Position numbers and translations under genes: made by a program
Notes under the pieces: generated by a model
What the model saw: the letters and a program-made list of their open reading frames with translations, nothing else
Databases searched by the model: none
What the model was told of the DNA's origin: nothing
Assembly: GCA_964620335.1 (NCBI GenBank)
Contig: CAZUHR010000001.1
Location: forward strand, 1 to 30,960
Reading direction: 5' to 3'
DNA length: 30,960 bases
Origin: an uncultured Desulfobacteraceae bacterium
Lineage (GTDB): Bacteria > Desulfobacterota > DSM-4660 > Desulfatiglandales > Desulfatiglandaceae
Shown: in pieces, positions 26,812 to 30,960 of the stretch
Position numbering within the stretch: position 1 is the first letter of the stretch
Layout of the letters: each line of letters starts with the position of its first letter

Positions 26812-27708
26812 TTACCAGACAGATTTAAGCATTCCCTTTGGCTTCCAGGTCAACACAATTACCACCGCAACGTACGGAAAAACTATTGCGAACTGTGGCC
26901 AGAACAAGACACCAAATGCCTGTGTCAGACCAAAAATAAGTGACCCAACCAAAGCACCCCACATGTTGCCCAAACCTCCAATGGTAACAATAAGAAAGGC
27001 CTCCATGATGATATCATGGTCCATTCCGATGGTCACGCTCACGGTGGGTGACACCAAAGCGCCTCCTAACCCGGCAAGGAGACACCCCAAGACAAACGCA
27101 AAAGCAAACACCCAGCTGACATTTATGCCTATGGCACCCACCATCTCTCTGTCAACTGCCGCTGCCCGCGCTATCTTGCCAATCTTGGTTCTGTTCGAAA
27201 AGAGCCAGAGCCCAATCGCCACCAGGGGACCGACGATAAGGAGAAACAGGTTGTAGCGCGGAAATGCCGATTCAAATATGTTCACTGAGCCCTGTAGCAA
27301 TTCAGGGGCCATGATCGACCTGTAATCAGCCCCCCAAATCATCTTTACAAGATCACCCAGTATAAGCATTAGTGCGAAGGTAAATAGCAGCAGCATCAGG
27401 TGTTCCCGTTCGTAAAGGAAACAGAATAAGGACCTCTCCGCTATAAGACTGACCAAGGCAACTACTAGGGGAGCCAGAATTAATGCCAACCAGAATCCGG
27501 CAGAGCCGCCGCCCAACAGATTTGAAATACTAAAGGCCGAGAATGCGCCAAGCATATACAGTGAGCCATGGGCAATATTCGGAACCCTGAGCACACCGAG
27601 CACAAAGCTCATCCCTGCAGAGACGATAAACAAAATCATCGCCCGGCTAAGGCCGACAAGAAATTGACTCCCCAAGGCAGCAAAAGTGAAAGTTTGCCCC
27701 AACTCCAT
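26812..27708 (-). CDS. livH: LIV-type ABC transporter permease (LivH-like)
   Basis: GVLRVPNIAHGSLYMLGA, TKIGKIARAAAVDREM, VTIGGLGNMWGA, KPKGML. Confidence 0.9.
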   Translation of the reverse strand: MELGQTFTFAALGSQFLVGLSRAMILFIVSAGMSFVLGVLRVPNIAHGSLYMLGAFSAFSISNLLGGGSAGFWLALILAPLVVALVSLIAERSLFCFLYEREHLMLLLFTFALMLILGDLVKMIWGADYRSIMAPELLQGSVNIFESAFPRYNLFLLIVGPLVAIGLWLFSNRTKIGKIARAAAVDREMVGAIGINVSWVFAFAFVLGCLLAGLGGALVSPTVSVTIGMDHDIIMEAFLIVTIGGLGNMWGALVGSLIFGLTQAFGVLFWPQFAIVFPYVAVVIVLTWKPKGMLKSVW

Positions 27709-27776
27709 CTCGCCCCCTTGATCCCTTCAAAAAATGAAGATTGAAAATTGGATATTTAGAATAAGCTCGTTAAGAC

Positions 27777-27809
27777 CTCGTAAAAAGTCGCAAAGCGACT
27801 TTTTACGAG
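27777..27809. repeat. Perfect 15-bp inverted repeat with 3-nt loop between the substrate-binding and permease genes
   Basis: ctcgtaaaaagtcgc-aaa-gcgactttttacgag. Confidence 0.85.
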
Positions 27810-27843
27810 TTTATCCAGTCAATCACCAAGAGCCGTTTATCTC

Positions 27844-29070
27844 TTATTTCCCTCGTGCCTTGGCGATCTCCTCGCATGTAGGCATTACCTCATCACCGGT
27901 CAGGGTCACTATATCAGAGGAAATCACAAACCCGTATTTCGGAGACATCTTTGTCACCCCTAAATACATTGGGTAGACAACCTGATGGTCACATTTCCGC
28001 ATCTCTATTATGCCCGCAGGACTTTCTATCTTTAGGCCAGCCAGCGCATCAATGAATTTCTCCTTATCAATTGATCCCGCCTTTTTAAAGGCTTCTGCAA
28101 TGAAATTTGCGGTGTTATAACCATGAAAAGCTGGGAAGCCCGGAGGACTTCCATAGGCGGCCTGAAATTTATCAACAAATGCCCTGTTGGCAGCAGTATC
28201 AGGATAATAGAAATGGTAATCCATGGTGCCCATCACACCCTCAGGGGCTTCAGCACCAAGGGGCTTTAGAACGGCATGATCTGTTGCGGTGTGAATCCAG
28301 ACAGGAACTTTCTCAGCCATGCCGGTTGCCTTGACAGCCTTCATGATATTGGTCATGCTGCGGCCGCCCGTGCAGAAGATAACAGCATCCGGTTTTGCCC
28401 CTAAAATTGCTGTTATGTATGGCACGAGGTCAGGTTCACCCGGCTTCCACCATGATTTCCCGATCATCTCCACATCTGGTTTCATTTTCTTGAGATTTGT
28501 CCAGGCTGCATCAGCTATTGCATGACCGTATTCATAATCGTCCCCTCCGATCCAGTATTTGACATAGGGCTTGCTGGAAAGGGCAACTCCACCTGCTTTT
28601 CCTGCCATAGCAGTATTTTCACCAGATGAGAAGACGTATCGATGACCATTCTTTCCGGTAATATTTTCGCTCTTGGATATCCATACTATAAACGGCACCT
28701 TTTCCTTTTTGGCGACGGCATCGGATACTGCCATTGCAGCCCCGCTGTTAATGGTGCCTACGAGAACGTCAACGTTCTCACGCATGACCAATTCTTTTGC
28801 CATATTAAGAGCCAAATCAACCTTAAACTTGGTATCACGTGTGGTAAACTCGATTTTCCCCCCACAAACCCCTTGCTTGTTAATCTCTTCCAGGGCCAGT
28901 TTAAAACCATTAAGGGCATCCTTTCCATAAACAGCCGCCGGCCCGCTATAGCAGTCTATTATTCCCACCTTAATATTCCTGGCCTCAGCATAAACAGGCA
29001 ACAGAACAAATGATATGGCCAAAATGGCGCCTAAAATAACAAAACTTGTTTTCAGAAATCTTCGTTCCAT
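27844..29070 (-). CDS. LIV-type ABC transporter substrate-binding protein (periplasmic binding protein type 1)
   Basis: Signal peptide, IKVGIIDCYSGPAAVYG, DDYEYG, YNTANFIAEAFKKAGS. Start set at MERRFLK (29070) behind RBS ggaggtt. Confidence 0.92.
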   Translation of the reverse strand: MERRFLKTSFVILGAILAISFVLLPVYAEARNIKVGIIDCYSGPAAVYGKDALNGFKLALEEINKQGVCGGKIEFTTRDTKFKVDLALNMAKELVMRENVDVLVGTINSGAAMAVSDAVAKKEKVPFIVWISKSENITGKNGHRYVFSSGENTAMAGKAGGVALSSKPYVKYWIGGDDYEYGHAIADAAWTNLKKMKPDVEMIGKSWWKPGEPDLVPYITAILGAKPDAVIFCTGGRSMTNIMKAVKATGMAEKVPVWIHTATDHAVLKPLGAEAPEGVMGTMDYHFYYPDTAANRAFVDKFQAAYGSPPGFPAFHGYNTANFIAEAFKKAGSIDKEKFIDALAGLKIESPAGIIEMRKCDHQVVYPMYLGVTKMSPKYGFVISSDIVTLTGDEVMPTCEEIAKARGK

Positions 29071-29134
29071 TTTGCTTAACCTCCGTAGTCTTTTTGGTGA
29101 GTCAAATTCACGCACATTCCTTCGGAACAGTGCC

Positions 29135-29197
29135 TTATGAAACGTTTCCAAGTATCTTGGCCAAGAAAATGACTAAGAGCCCCCAAAACACCTCCAA
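29135..29197 (-). CDS. Candidate 20-aa small ORF (TTG start) upstream of the substrate-binding gene
   Basis: AAGGAGGT, 7-nt spacer, TTG, then (M)EVFWGLLVIFLAKILGNVS*. Confidence 0.3.
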   Translation of the reverse strand: MEVFWGLLVIFLAKILGNVS

Positions 29198-29687
29198 AAA
29201 AATTACCTCCTTTCTTTAATAACCTCCCTATTCTTGTATGATTAAAATTGCCTTCTTGACCAGTTAAGGTGGCCAAAGCTCATAAAAAATCAATATATAC
29301 ATACAGAAGCATGAAAGCAATGAAAAACCTGAGATCTAACAACACCCTCTTTACGCTTTATCTGTGTGTTTAACATTGCCCTCTACTGTTTTGAGTGCCC
29401 TGGGTTCTTTTTTACGGATTGATTCATAAAGAAACACCGCTGCCAGTACAAAAAAAAGGCTATTAACCAAAAGTAAGGTGACAAGAAGCATTTTTAAATG
29501 GTATTAGAATGAAGTGTTTTTAGAACCGTCTTTATTTTGCCTTAAAATGAGAGATAGCGAGCCAACTGGCAAGTTGTTATACTTTCTAATTATTTTCAAT
29601 TTAGCTGTTTTAGTCCAAAATAGGTCTTGTTATAGGGTTATGAGTTTAATATTAAACAAAAACCATAAAAGCTAGAAAGGATTTCAC

Positions 29688-30020
29688 ATGAGTTACTATG
29701 TGGTCAAAGAAATGCCCCCCAAAATACTTGCCAAGGGTGTTGAGATGCGAGTCATATCAGGAGACAAAATGACCATGGTGTTTTTCCGCTTAGAGCCGGG
29801 CGCCCAAATTCCTGAACACTCCCACCCTCACGAACAGATGGGTACTGTGCTCAAAGGGTCCATTGAACTGATTATCGATAAAGACAAGAGGGTCGTGAAC
29901 GAAGGAAATGCATATCACGTTCGCTCCAATGTGATTCACAGCGGAACGTGTTTAGGGTCGATCTCCGAGGTGCTTGAAGTCTTTTCCCCTCCAAGAGAAG
30001 ACTATATACAGAAAGCGTGA
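29688..30020 (+). CDS. Cupin-domain protein
   Basis: IPEHSHPHEQMGTVLKG and SNVIHSG cupin metal-binding motifs; RBS aaagga. Confidence 0.9.
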   Translation: MSYYVVKEMPPKILAKGVEMRVISGDKMTMVFFRLEPGAQIPEHSHPHEQMGTVLKGSIELIIDKDKRVVNEGNAYHVRSNVIHSGTCLGSISEVLEVFSPPREDYIQKA

Positions 30021-30108
30021 CCATTGCGATAGACCTTCATTGTCACATCCTCTTCTGATAACCGGGCACCTGTATTGTCCCATGCGGTTGAGAATGCAAA
30101 GGTTTTAT

Positions 30109-30138
30109 TTGACTTTCAAAAACAACACTTGTTATAAT
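30109..30138 (+). promoter_or_regulatory. Probable sigma-70 promoter for ugd
   Basis: TTGACT-N18-TATAAT about 155 bp upstream of the ATG. Confidence 0.5.
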
Positions 30139-30294
30139 TATTTCAGTATGTTATTAAACATACAGGCTTCAAGCATCATAGCATCATTTGCGCCCAGGGT
30201 ATAATTACCATTCCTTAGCCTTTTGCAATGTTATTTGCGCCATGCATGCGCCATATATTTTTCACTTTTCACTTGATTGAGAAAAACCATAGAA

Positions 30295-30960
30295 ATGCCG
30301 TTTAAAAAAAATATTCTCTGCATCGGGGCAGGTTACGTTGGCGGACCTACCATGGCCATGATTGCCTATAAATGCCCACAATACAAAGTCACGCTCGTTG
30401 ATATAAACCCCTCCCGCATTGCCCAGTGGAACTCAGATGTCCTCCCCATATATGAACCGGGCCTTGACGAAATCGTTAAAAAGACACGAGACAGGAACCT
30501 TTTTTTCAGCACGGAAATTGAAAAGGGAATAAAGGAAGCCGATATCATCTTCGTCAGCGTCAATACTCCAACCAAAACATTCGGGGCAGGCGCAGGCATG
30601 GCCGCCGATCTGCAGTACTGGGAAAAAACCGCCAGACAAATACAAAGGCATGCGGAATCAAACTGCATAATCGTTGAAAAAAGCACCCTGCCAGTCAAGA
30701 CCGCCTTGGCCATGGAAAGGATTCTTACCTCGAATGCCAATGACATCTGCTTTGATGTTCTCTCCAACCCGGAGTTCCTGGCCGAAGGTACAGCTATCAA
30801 AAATCTGGAAAATCCTGATCGAGTTCTTATAGGGTCAAGAGAAACACCAAGTGGACTAAGGGCCAGGAACGAGCTGGTCGAGATTTATGCCAACTGGGTT
30901 CCAAAAAAACGCATCATAACATCTAATATCTGGAGCAGCGAGCTTTCAAAACTTGTGGCC
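30295..30960 (+). CDS. ugd: UDP-glucose 6-dehydrogenase (3'-truncated by window edge; missing from the ORF track)
   Basis: Manual translation: MPFKKNILCIGAGYVGGPTMAMIAYKCP...LPIYEPGL...FVSVNTPTK...VEKSTLPVKTA...LSNPEFLAEG...WSSELSKLVA. Confidence 0.96.
   Translation, partial: MPFKKNILCIGAGYVGGPTMAMIAYKCPQYKVTLVDINPSRIAQWNSDVLPIYEPGLDEIVKKTRDRNLFFSTEIEKGIKEADIIFVSVNTPTKTFGAGAGMAADLQYWEKTARQIQRHAESNCIIVEKSTLPVKTALAMERILTSNANDICFDVLSNPEFLAEGTAIKNLENPDRVLIGSRETPSGLRARNELVEIYANWVPKKRIITSNIWSSELSKLVA

Noticed and set aside
29071-29151. Longer start for the substrate-binding protein
   Set aside because: The signal peptide and a strong RBS fit the start at 29070.
29300-29687. Sigma-54 promoter for the transporter or cupin gene
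   Set aside because: Candidate TGGCA sites lack a correctly spaced -12 GC.
30366-30800. Minus-strand ORFs over ugd, and the many antisense or shifted-frame ORFs inside pst, phoR, liv, waaA and the molybdoenzyme gene
   Set aside because: They are shadows of well-supported genes in another frame or strand and have no motifs of their own.
1-30960. Selenocysteine/pyrrolysine read-through, CRISPR array, rRNA, integrase or transposase
   Set aside because: No in-frame stop at a catalytic position, no repeat-spacer array, and no recognisable recombinase or transposase ORF were seen.

Overview
Chromosomal window from an anaerobic, Desulfobacterota-like (deltaproteobacterial) genome; the taxon is inferred from gene content only. 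In order it holds: the 3' part of a response regulator and an SDR remnant; a phosphate locus (phoB-phoR ... pstSCAB-phoU, minus strand) split by an AT-richer ~2.5 kb plus-strand block (kinase-less periplasmic-sensor/HAMP gene + trkH) that sits between two diverged copies of the phoR 3' end; a minus-strand redox cluster (Crp/Fnr regulator, ECF sigma, Zn-finger anti-sigma, DsrE protein, Tat-exported 4Fe-4S protein, cytochrome-b-like membrane protein) divergent from a molybdopterin oxidoreductase with an unusual C-A-R-M-D-H-G-G-C N-terminal motif; a TPM-nucleotidyltransferase-LemA-hypothetical-Smr run; a deoxyhypusine-synthase-fold protein, waaA, a LarA-family protein and a LIV-type ABC transporter (all minus strand); a cupin; and the 5' part of ugd. 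No rRNA, tRNA, CRISPR array or transposase/integrase gene was seen. The best leads are the phoR-bracketed insertion, the sensor-TrkH pair, the TPM/NTase/LemA module, the DsrE/FeS/cytochrome b cluster with its regulators, and the atypical molybdoenzyme. All family calls come from reading motifs by eye; no database searches were run.
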